A stretch of 64,000 nt of DNA from Lama guanicoe (Eukaryota). Under the pieces are notes generated by a model, which was not told where the DNA came from, made no database searches, and worked only from the letters and a program-made list of their open reading frames with translations. Position numbers and translations under genes: made by a program. The DNA lies in contig MU054738.1 of the NCBI GenBank assembly GCA_013239625.1, positions 7,163,855-7,227,854 on the forward strand. The letters run 5' to 3'. Below, one piece after another: positions 1 to 11,885 of the stretch. Each line of letters opens with the position of its first letter. The stretch's first letter is position 1.

Positions 1-1006
1 CGGCAATTTGCCAGGAGAGCACGGCTTAAATGTTCTCTCCAAGAAAAAAAGACGTTAAGTGAGGTGGGCGTTGGGGGAGCCCTTTCACAGTTACGGGTGT
101 ATCAAACGACCACGATCTGCCCTTTGAATACCTGACAATCTCCTCTGTCAGTTACACACGGATGGAGGTTACCGGGGGTAAAGAGGATGGGACGGGATAA
201 ACTGGGAATCTGAAAACTGCTCCTCTTGGGGAGGGATGGAAATGTTAGCCGTCTGGACTGCGGTGGTGACTTCACAGGTGACGGGACATCCATCAAAATT
301 CATCAGAGTGAACATCTGGAATGTGTGTGGCTTACACATCTCAGCAAAGGTGTTAACAGAATAAAACATCTTACACAAGGAGACAGGCTAATTACACAAG
401 AGCAGGAACAGAAGATGTCACGACAGACACGTGCGCGGGCGACCACATCTCAGTTTTAGAGCTGAGAGGTGCGTTTCGGGTTTAGCTTATAACTCAGTGT
501 GTGGGAAGAAACAAAAGCCCCGTCGCTGCTGGGAGGGTGACGAGTTCCTGGACCTGAGACGCTCATGGCGCGTCCCCCCAGAGCAATGCGAGAGACAGCG
601 CTGTCGGCCCTCGGCTCTCAGGAAGCACAGCCCTGGCTTCACGGAACCATCGCGCCCGTGGTCTCGGGATTTCAGGACAAGAAACTACAAGGGAAGCAGT
701 GCTGCCAGGAGCTGGGTGGAGGTCGGGATGGAGGGACCAGCGAGGGGATCCACCCCACGCTGTACGCTCCGACGCTCTGCCTCAGGCTCGGGGGGAACTC
801 AGCGCATCGGGCGCGAGGGACTCCGCCTCCTCAGGCCGTTCCCGCAGATGCGAACGGACGAGCAAGGGTTCAACCCCGGGTGGAGACGGGGAAACCTTCT
901 CCCTGATTCACTACAAACTCCACCGCTGGAAGCGACGGGCCCCACACAGGCCCCACCCACGGGCTCCCGGGGACTCGTCAGGGCTGCGCCCCACCCCGCG
1001 CGGCAC

Positions 1007-1189
1007 CTTCAGGATGGAGCGATGGAAGAAGAGCGCCAGCAGCTGGATGAGGTCGTAGAGGACGTAGCCCTCCTTCTTCTCCACCCCGATGATGTTCGGC
1101 GGGTGGTACGGCTTGTCCTTGTTCAGCTCCACATTCTTGTTCCAGGGAAAGAACCCAAACTGGAAGAAGTACTTGACCACGATCGCCAC
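1007..1189 (-). CDS. PIEZO2: PIEZO2 coding exon (~E43), VAIVVKYFFQFGFFPWNKNVELNKDKPYHPPNIIGVEKKEGYVLYDLIQLLALFFHRSILK
   Basis: 183 nt, phase 0->0; gtag| acceptor, AAG|gtgccg donor; the gene continues beyond the window start. Confidence 0.97.
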
Positions 1190-1364
1190 CTACACAGATG
1201 ACAGGAAGTTGACAGCAGAGCAGCGTTAGCTCCTTCATCGTGGTGGCGCTTTCGCGGGCGTCAGCATCTATCAAGATGCACCCAACTGCACCTCTGAAAC
1301 ACGTACAGCTTACTGAGCGGGAATTACACAACGAAGGTGCTTTCTGAGAAAGAACGGTTCTAAT

Positions 1365-1768
1365 CTGCAGCAGCGTGGACGGACCTAGAGTTGATCTAAG
1401 TGAAGTAAGTCGGACAGAGAAACGCAACTGCCGCATTATCACTTGTATGTGGAATCTAAAAAATGATACCAATGAACTTACTTACACAACAGAAACAGAC
1501 TCACAGACACAGAAAAGAAACTGATGGTTTCCAGGGGGACAGGAGGTGGGGAGGGGCGAAATGGGAATTCGAGATCAGCAGATGCAAACTGCTGTGTATA
1601 AGACAGATAAACAGCAAGGACCTACTGGTCAGCACAGGGAACTGCACTCAGTATCTTGTGATAAACATCACACGAAAGAACATGAAAAAGAATGTATGTA
1701 TGTACCACTGAATCACTATGCTGTACCCCAGAAACTAACACTGTGAATCAACTGCACTTCAATAAAAA
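1365..1768 (+). mobile_element. LINE-1 3' end (artiodactyl L1 3' UTR)
   Basis: ggacctagag..ctaagtgaagtaagtc...atcacttgtatgtggaatctaaaaaa...acagaaacagactcacagac...ctgaatcactatgctgtac...cttcaataaaaa. Confidence 0.85.
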
Positions 1769-4324
1769 GCTGTTTGGTTTGAAAAGCGAGGATAGTTCTA
1801 CGTGGGAAACAGTGACACAAAAATTCAAGAAGCAGATTTCCCCGTGCTGACGATGTGCAGTGTGACACGTCCTCGCTGCCGCGGGCACTGGCTTCAGAGC
1901 AGGCACGTTCCACGGCGGACCTGCCAGGTCTGCCAGGGCACTCCTGCCCCAGCTCAGGCGGCTTCTGCCGTTGTGTGGAGGCGTTGGCTAATTTTACTGA
2001 TTCAATTAAAGACTTCTGGACTCATTCGGCTACTAAATAAGCCATGTCGGACAAATGCGAACAGGAAGACCTTTACAGTGTACACAGCGCGGTCACGTGC
2101 AGCCTTCGGGAGCACCCAGGCTTCAGGCACACAACTGTCACTTTATTCTGACCTTTCTTCTCACCCTTTGATTGCTCACGGGAAGTTCTCTTCAAGAATA
2201 AATAAAAGTAAGCGAAACAAAAACTTGCCAGTCGTGCTGGTAACTAGCTCAGGGTGCGAACGCTGTGGAGACGTGCGCTGAGACGGGACAGCTGACGGTC
2301 TCATTGGAAACCACATCCACCGTCTATGCCATCAGCGGTTAATTGCGTTACACACAATTCACCAATAAGAAATATTTCACAAAGTCCTCTCCCTTTAGCT
2401 CTCCTCTCTCCCTTCTTCCCACAGTCAAGCTTCTGCAAAGAGCAGCCCTGAGAGCCTCGTCTTGGTGACAGCATCCCTGTGTCCCCGAATCCCGAGGATT
2501 GCAGCAGAAGCCTGCAGTGTGTCCACCTGCTCTTCCCCCTCACACACCCCTGCCAGCTTCCATTCCTAAAACTGCTCCTTTGCCCACTCATGTCAGCTCC
2601 ACTGTGGTTCCATCGGCCCAGACTCGTTTCCCACCCAGAAAGTAAAAATAGCCTCCCAGCTGGTCTCTAGGCCTCCGCTTGCATCACGTGTAAAAAGCTT
2701 GCTGAAACACACACTGATGGAGCCTGTCCCATTCGCCTCCTTCCACCCGAGGGACCGAGTGCTGAGCGTGAGCAAGCTCAGTGGACTGTCAGTCCTGAGG
2801 GCCTCTGCCCTGCTCCGGCTCAGCCTCTTCCCAGCAGGCACAGCGCCGTCAGTCTGGGCACATGCCAGGCTCTCTCTGCAATGACTGGACTCCCTTTAAT
2901 TTTCGTCCTTCGCTGCCCTCATTCTCCCCCCATCACCCTCCCTTCTGAGCTCACTTCTGCGGACAAGCTGCCGAGATGGCCTGTCTCCACCTCCCAGGCT
3001 GCGTGAGGCTGGGCACCTGCTAACTCGTGTGCGTCTCCAGCGCAGGGCAGTTCTGAACAGGAGGAGATTCTGTGTTTACGTCCATCCGCTTGCCGCAGTT
3101 GTGCGCGACCACTGAGAAGCAGGAACGGCCTTTTCTTTTCAACCTCCCCTTGAACCCTCCTGCCTGGCATAGCTCTGGGTCGCTGCTCCACGGCCGGGCT
3201 GCAGGAATTAACCTCACCTCATTTCCTGACTCTGCCTGCCTCCGGGTGGCAGAGGAAACCAACCGCCCCACTTGCACTCACTGGGAAGGCTTTAAGACGA
3301 AGGCTGTGTTATCAGTGGCTCTGTCTTCCTTCTCCACATTCCTAGTACCTGCTCCTGCTTCACTCCTGGGCACAAAACTCCCCTGTGCAGAGGAGTCGGG
3401 GGGTACACCTGCACCCCAAATAGGGAGCCAGCTGTGTCCTGGGTCACCAAGTCATGGAACAGAAGTAACATTTAAGAGCCATCATTTGGGCAACGTTGTA
3501 ACGGACAGGCTAACTGAAGTCACAGATGCGTATACATTTGGCTTCACATCTTTTGTTTGTACTATGGAAATAAGATAAAGGATGTCGATACTTTAAAATG
3601 AATTCTTTTGGGGTGATTTCATATGTAACATTGTTTTAACTCTACTGTTGGATTACTTACAAACCCACGAACTTTCTAGACTTGAACTGGACATCAGTCG
3701 TGCGTCTTAGCCTTGAAGGAGCAATTACAGTACCTGCCAGTGAAAGCTTCCCTTAGGAACCAGCTCAGGCAATGGGCCCAAACCCAGGAGCACGAGGAAC
3801 CGTGCGGCCGGGGGAGACGGTCGGCGACCGTCTCCCTGTGACTCCTGGGGTCAGGGTGCCGCGGGGCTGTGAGCTGCTAGGCAGGAGAGAAGCCAGCTTG
3901 GACATCTGGGCCGAGTGTCTCTCATCCCTCATGTGTGATGGAAACGGGGTGACAGTTCACCCTTTCTGTCATTCCCGTTTTTAACTGGGTGTTTCTATGA
4001 GTTCATGTGTTGACGTGTGGAGAGTGGCTTTTGGTTAAAAAATGGGAAATACGCACATTGCATCTAAGGGCTTATGTGTTGACTGATCCAGCGTCCACTC
4101 CCTGAACACATACCAGCCAGGCGGGTAACTCTGGGCCCACGAGTCAGTCTCACCCGGCTGTTTCCTCCCCTGTGAGACGGAGTAACACCTGCACCGCCTC
4201 GGGCGGGTGTGAAACGTGAACAGAGCCGGAAGCTGCCGGCCCCGACGCCTGCCACTGTGACCACGTGCCCCCCACGCCTGCCCCGTGGCCGTCTGGGGTC
4301 AGGCAGGGGCCCCGCCCAGCGCAC

Positions 4325-4583
4325 CTCGGTGTAGACGATGGCCGTCATCCAGAAGCGCTTGCTGGGCCGCGGCACGGACAGCATGGCCCAGAGGAAGATG
4401 AGCACGGGCAGCACCAGCGTGATCATGGAGGCGGAGACCATGTGGTTGAGCACGATGACGAAGTAGCACACCGTCTCGGAGCGCGCCACCAGCGTGTTGT
4501 ACATGGCGTAGAAGAGCAGCAGGAAGCGCGGCTGCCCCACGTAGAAGCGCTCCGACTCCTCCAGCTCGTCGTCGTGGAACATC
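4325..4583 (-). CDS. PIEZO2: PIEZO2 coding exon (~E42), MFHDDELEESERFYVGQPRFLLLFYAMYNTLVARSE...FWMTAIVYTE
   Basis: 259 nt, phase 2->0; GAG|gtgcgc donor. Confidence 0.97.
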
Positions 4584-4688
4584 CTGCCGGAACCGCCGCA
4601 TCAGCGCCCGCCCCGCGGCCCGGGCGCTGAAGCCGGGGCGGCCCCGCGCAAGGGCAGCACGCCAAGTCGCGCACATTCCACAGGTTTA

Positions 4689-4956
4689 GAAAACAAGCCT
4701 GCGGTTAGCGGGGGCTGGAAAGGGGGGGAGGGGTAAACTGCTAGGCGGGAGAGAAGCCAGCTTGGACATCTGGCTTGCTAACTGCTGCATATAAAATAGA
4801 TAAACCACAAGGGCCTGCTATAGTCAGCACCTCGTAACACCCTGTGATGAAACAGAACATGAAAAGGAACATATATAACATGTGCAACTGAATCATGAGG
4901 CTGTGCCCCAGAAGTTAGCACAACGTTGTGAGCTGACTACACTTGAGCTAAAAAAA
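4689..4956 (+). mobile_element. LINE-1 3' UTR fragment, interrupted by a 36-bp local copy
   Basis: gaaaacaagcct.cggtta...tataaaatagataaaccacaagggcctgctatag...ctgaatca...actacactt..aaaaaaa. Confidence 0.75.
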
Positions 4957-5250
4957 GTGGTAATAACTTTGTCTTGGTTTCTCTAAAGTACCCATTTCCG
5001 TTCTGCGTGACCCCCCGTCCCTCCTGGCTTGCGACGAGCCCAGCTGTCTGGTGGAGTCACCCTCAGATCACGTGGCACACGGAGCTGTTAGCCTGTCACC
5101 CGGCGGCCAGGGCACCGAGGCGGTGCGCGCTCCCCGTACAACTACCACTGGGAACGGCACGTTTGCTGGGGACGTCCGGTGGCCGCTGGGCACACGGCCT
5201 CTGCACCCAACAGCACAGCTGACACCCAGGAGGTGGCCACGGGTTCTTAC

Positions 5251-5577
5251 TTGCTCAGCAGCAGCTCGCTGGCTGTCAGCTCGTGGGTCAGGGGCGGCAG
5301 GACGCTGGCCTCCAGCCTGTCCGAGCGGCTGTCGTCAGGGCTGACCGCCATGTGGGTCTGGCCGGCTGAGTCATCCCGGGAGTCAAAGGACAGGTGCTCG
5401 AAGCTGACTGCCTTGCTGTAGGATGGCGGGGCCTCCACGTCGCCGTCCTCCGTGGGGTCCTGGAGCGACTCAGCGTCCTGGGCCCCCTCGGCCTCCTCGG
5501 CCTGCTCGGCCTCCTCCTCCTCAATGGTCTCCGTGGTCCCCTGGCGTGAGTACAGCGTGGTGCACTGGGTGGGCTCG
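5251..5577 (-). CDS. PIEZO2: PIEZO2 coding exon (~E41), EPTQCTTLYSRQGTTETIEEEEAEQAEEAEGAQDAESLQDPTEDGDVEAPPSYSKAV...ELTASELLLSK
   Basis: 327 nt, phase 2->2; acag| acceptor, AA|gtaaga donor. Confidence 0.95.
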
Positions 5578-7189
5578 CTGTCGGGAGAGAGGACGGGCCC
5601 CGCCCGGTCTCAGCATCCCTGCGCCCCTCGAGGGGGGCTTGAGACGCCCCCAGCACACCCACACCCGCACGCCCAGGCAGGTGAGGGGGTGAAAGCACAC
5701 CCCCCCAATTCCATCTGCTTTGTTCCTTCAGGATAATCCGTCTGATCTGCAGAGACGGCAGCAGCAAAACCTGACACTGACTGTGCCCTCGGCCGAGAAC
5801 CGAGCCAAACCCCTGGTGGGAGGTTTTAAGTCACATCAAGGCTCCCAGCTGAGAACACGGAGATCCCCGAATGCACATACTGTACCCGTTTCTCTTGCCA
5901 CGGACACCGTGTAGACATGTGAGTGAGCGAGCGAGTGAATGTGCTTGGCGGAGCCTGAGAGTGAGGAAACAGATGTGCACGAGCTCTTGGTCCTAACTCG
6001 GGGGTGTTCAGGACCCCCAGGGCTTTGGCCCAACGCGTGCACATCACGTAGAAGGCTCTTGGAACACCAAGCCAAGCCGGCCCCTGGCTAAGACTTACCT
6101 CCGAGACATGGCCTCCGAGGAAGCCGGAGATTGACTGACCGCCCCAGCGAGCTGTCAGGCCGCTGCAGCCAGCCCCCACCAGGTCTAACATGCAGCTGGA
6201 TGACACCCACGACAGCCACGCTGCCTATGGTTTTGGATATGGTCTGGCCCTGAAGGGAGTCAACAAATCCTGGTACCTCCGGGAATCAACCCAGTGGGAT
6301 GGCGCAGCACATGCCCGCCGGGACGCCTCACACGGCCGCGGCGTTCTCAGCAATGCCAGGGGCGCCAGCAGCTCTGGACTGAGGTGCGCAGCTCCCAGTG
6401 GCCAGGAGCCAGCACCCCCGATTCGCCAAAACGGACGTCAGTTTTGGGCTGGGCTACCCGGGCGAGCCGGTCGGTGTCAGGATTGGCACCCGGCCACTCA
6501 CACTTTCAGAGGCAATTCGAAAAAGAGAGCGTTTGGATTTCACGCAAATAATTTTGTTTCTGAATGATTTTTGTTTTCTGGTAGGATTTGAAGAGAAAAC
6601 TAGGCCCAAAGTAATCTGTTTGGACCCAGTGGGTTACAGTCTACAAAGGTGACACATTCTACTGCATAATGAGTATTTTTTTGGGTGGTAAAATATATTC
6701 TGGTTTCTATGCCATTTACACATATAACACAGATTTCTTCCCTATCCACTAAACACGACTACACACACCAGATTTTCGGATTTCTTCCTACTGCGGTGTC
6801 TTTGGATGAAATCATGAGAAAAAGTGTCCTGTCCTTCCTGACACACTTCTCCCCGCAAGGACTGCCTACTTGAGCTCTCCGTCAAGGAGGAAACATGCTT
6901 GGCTCTTTGGAAACAGGAAGTGCAGAATACTTACAAAGTGATGGGCAATGTGTACAGTGGGGATTTTTAGGAAACTCCTAACAGACAAAAATGGAAGAGC
7001 AGTTAGTGTGACAGAACGCTGCGCTGGGAACGACCTGCTGTGTCCCAGGCAGGGCGGCGGTTATGCTCTGGGTGGCATGCAAATCCTTAAGAAACACAAA
7101 AACCCCACACATCACAAGAACTTCCACGTGCAGAGATGCGCGGGGAGAAGAGACAGTGACGGAGGAGGCATGCACCACAGGGGAAGCAC

Positions 7190-7357
7190 CTGGAGGCTAA
7201 GCTGGTGCTGTCAGCAGACGAGGAGGACACGTCCATGCTGAGCATTTTGCGGAGCCCGGGTCGGGCGCGCTCACTCGTTTTAGGCACAGTTTCTGGTCCG
7301 TCTAAATCGTCAAGGGTGGACTGCCTCGAGAGCAGCATGGTTGCTTCAGTGTAACAG
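7190..7357 (-). CDS. PIEZO2: PIEZO2 alternative cassette exon E40, SCYTEATMLLSRQSTLDDLDGPETVPKTSERARPGLRKMLSMDVSSSSADSTSLAS
   Basis: 168 nt, symmetric phase 2; ctaac branch motif and ctag acceptor, CAG|gtgctt donor. Confidence 0.93.
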
Positions 7358-8505
7358 CTAGCAGCGCAAACAGTTAGAGACACAGAGTTACAACAGCAGT
7401 GGGACACCTGTGACACATGGGCCACCATGCAGCAGACCACGTGCCACCAACGCCGGGGACAGGGTGGGGCTCAGGACAGCACGGGGCCTGCCCGGCAGGA
7501 CGCTAGACCACACAGCCCCGGCGTCCACCCACGCGCTGGCTGGTGCTACGTGAGGAAGTGCTACTCTGGTGGGACAGGGACAGGGAACTACGGCACGCCC
7601 CGACATGTCTCCCACAGAGCAGAAGTCATAGCTTCAGAGCTTTGCAACTGAGTGCTTTCCCCAAGGAAAGGACATCTGTTCTATGAAGAGACCCCAGTCC
7701 TCGGTCCACGGAGAGCAATCTGGAGCCGAACTGCTGACACAGAAGTGTCTGCTTATGTGGAGTTTGCATCAATGTCATTTTTTAAACACAGTCTCCGGGA
7801 GGAACGCGGCAGCTCAGGACTGGCCACAGCAGGCTGATTCCCACCCCGTTCTGCGAGGGACACTCGGTCAAGCCAAACTAGACGCCTGTGGAAGAGATGC
7901 TGGTTTGACACACGACTGGCTATCAACCAGCATCAGAAGGACCAGGAGTGGAGCAGCACGGGGCACCCGCAGGGGAAGCCTGGGGGCGCGGCCACTTTGT
8001 CTGCCAGCTTTTCAGGGAGCCTGAGGAAGCCCGGTCTTCCAGGCCAGGTTTTAGGTGTTGGCGGAGGTCACTAGGGCGCGATCCCACAGGCTGAAATGCT
8101 CAGTTCCTGTCACCCAACCATCAGGGGGCGAGTGATGGCAGATTCAAGACTGAGCTGCACTGGGTGACCCGACTCGGAACCACAGCCAACAGAGCTCAGA
8201 GGCGTGATTTCAGTGCTCACGCAGAGCTCAACCCCAGGCGGCGGCACGCACTGCAAAGCCGGGACGGAGGCGCCTGGGACGCTCCCTTCCAGCCTGGGCA
8301 CAAGAGGCCCAGCCGACCCAGGGGACGAGCCCTTGTGATGCTGAACAGCTGACCCCCTGGATGAACGTCACCCTCAAGTGACCCACGAGGGGACCTCCTG
8401 TGTGCCTGGAGCACAGTCAGACGCCACAGTGACTGTGAGGCAGATGTGGGAACCACTCGGGATGATGGCGTGATGTCTGGGGGTCAAAATGACCCTCGTT
8501 CTTCC

Positions 8506-8668
8506 TTTTTAAAAAATTATTTATTTATTTTTGGGGGACGGGGAGGTAATTAGATTTATCTGTTTATGTATTTATATGATGTATTTATGTGATGGAGGTG
8601 CTGGGGACAGAACCCAGGACCTTGGGCACACTAAGCACGTGCCTGACCGCTGAGCTGTACCCTCCCCC
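8506..8668 (-). mobile_element. tRNA-derived SINE (camelid Vic-1-like)
   Basis: Reverse complement reads ggggagggtacagctcagcgg...gcttagtgtgcccaaggtcctgggttc...acctccat, followed by an AT tail and ctaattacctcccc. Confidence 0.8.
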
Positions 8669-10140
8669 TGACCCTCGCTCCTTTCAATGTCCACGTGTCC
8701 TGGGTGAAGTGAGCAGGTGACCACAATGCGACCTGGAGACACACTGGACACGCCTGCAGCTGACACTGGCTGCCTGCCGGGTTTTAGGCAGATCACGTCC
8801 CCTCTCTGAAATCCCCATTCCATCAGTCGTGAGATGAGGGGACTGGAGCTCTGAGCTTCTGCGACATTTCTGTTTTCAGACGTGGACACGTGGCCTCTTG
8901 GAGGTTGGCGGCAGGAAGGTGCCAAGCACTGTCTCCGCAGGGAACCACGGCTCCACCCCCACGGCCCATCTATCTTGCTCACTCTGGGCCAGCTCCCGCC
9001 AACCCACAGACCCTGCACGGCCCGGACTCCTGGGTTACGTGTAACAGTCCATCTGCCATCCAAGCTGGGGCTGTTTTCAAAGTGAAAGGGAAGAGGGGGA
9101 GTTTAGCAGTAACAGGTGGCGAGTCTCAGCGGGCAGATGCCCTCACGGTGCCGCCAGGGCGCACAGCACGCCTCTCAGACTTCGTTAAAAAGCAATCAAT
9201 AGACTTACACCTCTCCTCCCTCACAGCTTTTGACCAAGGGGGCGGCTTTGTATTTGTAATCTTTGGTCAGATTTTAAAAGATCGGCTTGATTTTACTTTA
9301 GCCAGTTTTTTCTTTTTCTTTTCTCTCCTAAAATTGTGATTTACAATATTTAGTTACTTCCTTCATTGGCCACATTATCATTTGTTATGCAGCTAAAAGT
9401 TACCAAGACAGGAATCACATATGTTTATTTTACGGGCAAATGATTTTCAGTTCACTTTCTAATTTTCTAATTCATGTGATTCAGAAGTTGGTTGTGAAGC
9501 CACTGTTCTCAAGCCAGGCTCACATATAACACTCAGGAGGCCTGAGAAACCCCTCAGATTTTACGGAAAATTTTTGTAGTTATGCGTGCTTTTCTGCTTT
9601 GGAGAAAGTCTAGTGTTGTGACATTTCAGAAGAGGTTCACGGAAAATCTGTTACCAACCACTGTTAGTGTCGTTGTAAATTAACAAGGAAAAGGCTACTC
9701 CGTCCAGCCCCTTCGTACTTGCCAAGCTTAGGGATCTAGGTGAGTTAGAAATCTCTGTGCTATGAAGCAAGGCAAAAAGGAGTGCAAAAAGTTCATCTGA
9801 AAAAATGTCACCCATCACATTATGGGGCAGCACATTTTTTTGAAGAATGTGCACTGTGCACGTATGTGACCGCATTCCTTACTACGTGGGAAGAAGGCAT
9901 TCCAGCTGAACACGGACGTGGCTTTCAGTTAACAGAGCTGCGTGAAGCCTTCTGTGGTGAAATTCAGACAAAGGAAAGCAGTTTGTGTCAGACCCAGCCC
10001 ACAGTCAGCAAACGCAGAGTGGGGCTGTCCCAGGCTGCGTGCAGGGACACCGGGACGTGGTGTGCAAATGAATCAACGAATGAATGAATGAATGAAACAT
10101 TTAGGAAAATGTACATCTTTAAAACAATTTTCTTCGCTTT

Positions 10141-10269
10141 GTTTTTTGGGGGAAGGTAACTGGTTGGTTATTTATTTATTTATTATTTTTTAAATGGAGG
10201 GACTGGGGATTGAACCTGGGACCTCGTGCACGCTAAGCACACGCTCTACCGCTGAGCTACACCCTCCCC
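10141..10269 (-). mobile_element. tRNA-derived SINE (camelid Vic-1-like)
   Basis: Reverse complement reads ggggagggtgtagctcagcggtagagcgtgtgcttagcgtgcacgaggtcccaggttcaatccccagtccctccatttaaaaaataataaataaa, with A and B boxes. Confidence 0.85.
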
Positions 10270-10585
10270 ACAGGAAGGGCATTTGAAAGGCATTAAAGAG
10301 GCAGCTCTCGATACAGAAAGGAATTTGGTGACAGGAAGGCGCATCTGACTTGCTTCTAGCTTGGAAATCTCAGTCCTGTGCCTGCGAGTCACACGCGGTT
10401 TCTCGTGGTTTTTACTGGCTCCTGCTTCTCTCTGGCTCAGTCCAGGGAGGCAGCGCTCTGCCTGGCTGTGCGCGCGGAGACAGCCTGCGATGGAAATCCC
10501 GCACCTCACCCACCGCTTCTCACGGTGAAGAGTCCACCCCTCCCTCCTCTGTCAAAAGCAACCCCACGTGTGGCACGTGACGCAC

Positions 10586-10752
10586 CTGGAGATACTGTCG
10601 TGCGAGTCTAAGCTGTCCATCCTGCGGGCTGTCTGTGCACCTGCAGGGGCGCCCGGACGGTCGTCGATGGTGTCCAGCCCAGACTCCCGGGAAAGGTTCA
10701 TCATGTGGTTCTGGTAGTACATGTGGACGCTCTCCCGCGTGGGAACGTTGCC
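10586..10752 (-). CDS. PIEZO2: PIEZO2 coding exon (~E39), GNVPTRESVHMYYQNHMMNLSRESGLDTIDDRPG...DSLDSHDSIS
   Basis: 167 nt, phase 0->2; CAG|gtgcgt donor. Confidence 0.96.
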
Positions 10753-10962
10753 CTGCGGAGAGGGAGACGGCTCAGTCCTGACGGGAGCCCTGGCCTGGGC
10801 GGCCTCCGGGCATCCCTCAGTGTCGACGCCATTGGGCAGCATGACATGTTGAATGGGATCGAACACCAAGCTAGTCGGGTCGGCACTGATGTCAACTCGT
10901 TGAATTCATGGTGCCGATGTGACTGGGTCATACTGAACCAGAAATCCCTCCTTGCTCGTGGG

Positions 10963-11262
10963 TGGAGGTGGGCAAAAGGTACACACTTCCAGTTACAAAA
11001 TAGTCGGGGGTGGAAAGCACACCGTGGGGACTACAGTTAACAATGTCACACTGCGTATTCAAAGTTACAAAAGAGCAGATCTTAAAAGTTCACACCACAA
11101 GAAAAAAGACTTGCAACTATACGTGGTGACGGATGTTAACTGGACTTACTAAGGGGATCATTTCACAATTTATAAAGACACTGAGTTATGCTGTACACCT
11201 GAAACTAATATAATGTTATGTGTCAGTTGTATCTCCAAAAATTAAGAAAAAGAAGTTTAAAA
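10963..11262 (+). mobile_element. LINE-1 3' end (L1MA/MB-type)
   Basis: aaaaggtacacacttccagttacaaaata...gactacagttaacaat...agatcttaaaagttc.caccacaag...tgctgtacacctgaaactaatataatgttatgtgtca. Confidence 0.8.
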
Positions 11263-11498
11263 AAGAAATTCCTTCTTAGATGGAGATGATTTTGCTACAT
11301 CAGAGTAACTTTTCCAGAAAGGAACTATTATTTTTAAATGCAATCTATGAACTGTATGTGGTTATATTTTGTATCTCTGGGGAGATCCTGATTTTCCCTA
11401 AGGGACGTTTCAGATCAAAGTCCCCAGACTCAACAACACGATCCTTCATGGACACGACGGAGCCTGTGCACCTGCGAGCTGTGGTGATGGGGGTGGGA

Positions 11499-11543
11499 TG
11501 TGTGTGTGAGTGTGTGCGTGTGTGTGTGTGTGAGTGGGTGTGT
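11499..11543. repeat. (TG)n microsatellite, imperfect
   Basis: tgtgtgtgagtgtgtgcgtgtgtgtgtgtgtgagtgggtgtgt. Confidence 0.9.
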
Positions 11544-11718
11544 AGCCTCTGATTATTTTCATTCTGAGTGTGGAACACACTGAAATACACAAAAAAGCAG
11601 AGACTGTCGGGAGAGAGGGTTCTGTCCCACCCTACTTGGCGTTCTGCATGTGGACCTTCGAAACCCCTACGAGGTGGGGTTTTGCACGACCGAACCGCGT
11701 CGGCAGCTTCAAGATCAC

Positions 11719-11885
11719 CTTCTTAATCTCCCTGGTCAGCATGCACCTCTCGATCCTCAGGACGGTGGATATGTCGATGTGCTCCCGTGAGATGGAGTTG
11801 AGCCACGTTGTGAAACTGTCCACGGTCGCCAGGAACAGGACCCAGGTAAACTTCAGAATGTTAAATATCCTCTTGATGATGTTAT
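11719..11885 (-). CDS. PIEZO2: PIEZO2 coding exon (~E38), DNIIKRIFNILKFTWVLFLATVDSFTTWLNSISREHIDISTVLRIERCMLTREIKK
   Basis: 167 nt, phase 1->0; AAG|gtgatc donor. Confidence 0.96.

Noticed and set aside
431-1201. Long plus-strand ORFs (256 aa here; also 32483..33121, 42561..43370, 45782..46528, 46839..47471)
   Set aside because: They are antisense shadows of GC3-rich exons or stop-poor GC-rich intron. They have no recognisable domains and several start at non-ATG codons.
10195-10269. tRNA-Ala-like sequence
   Set aside because: It has an AT-rich tail and several dispersed diverged copies, so it is a SINE head rather than a tRNA gene.
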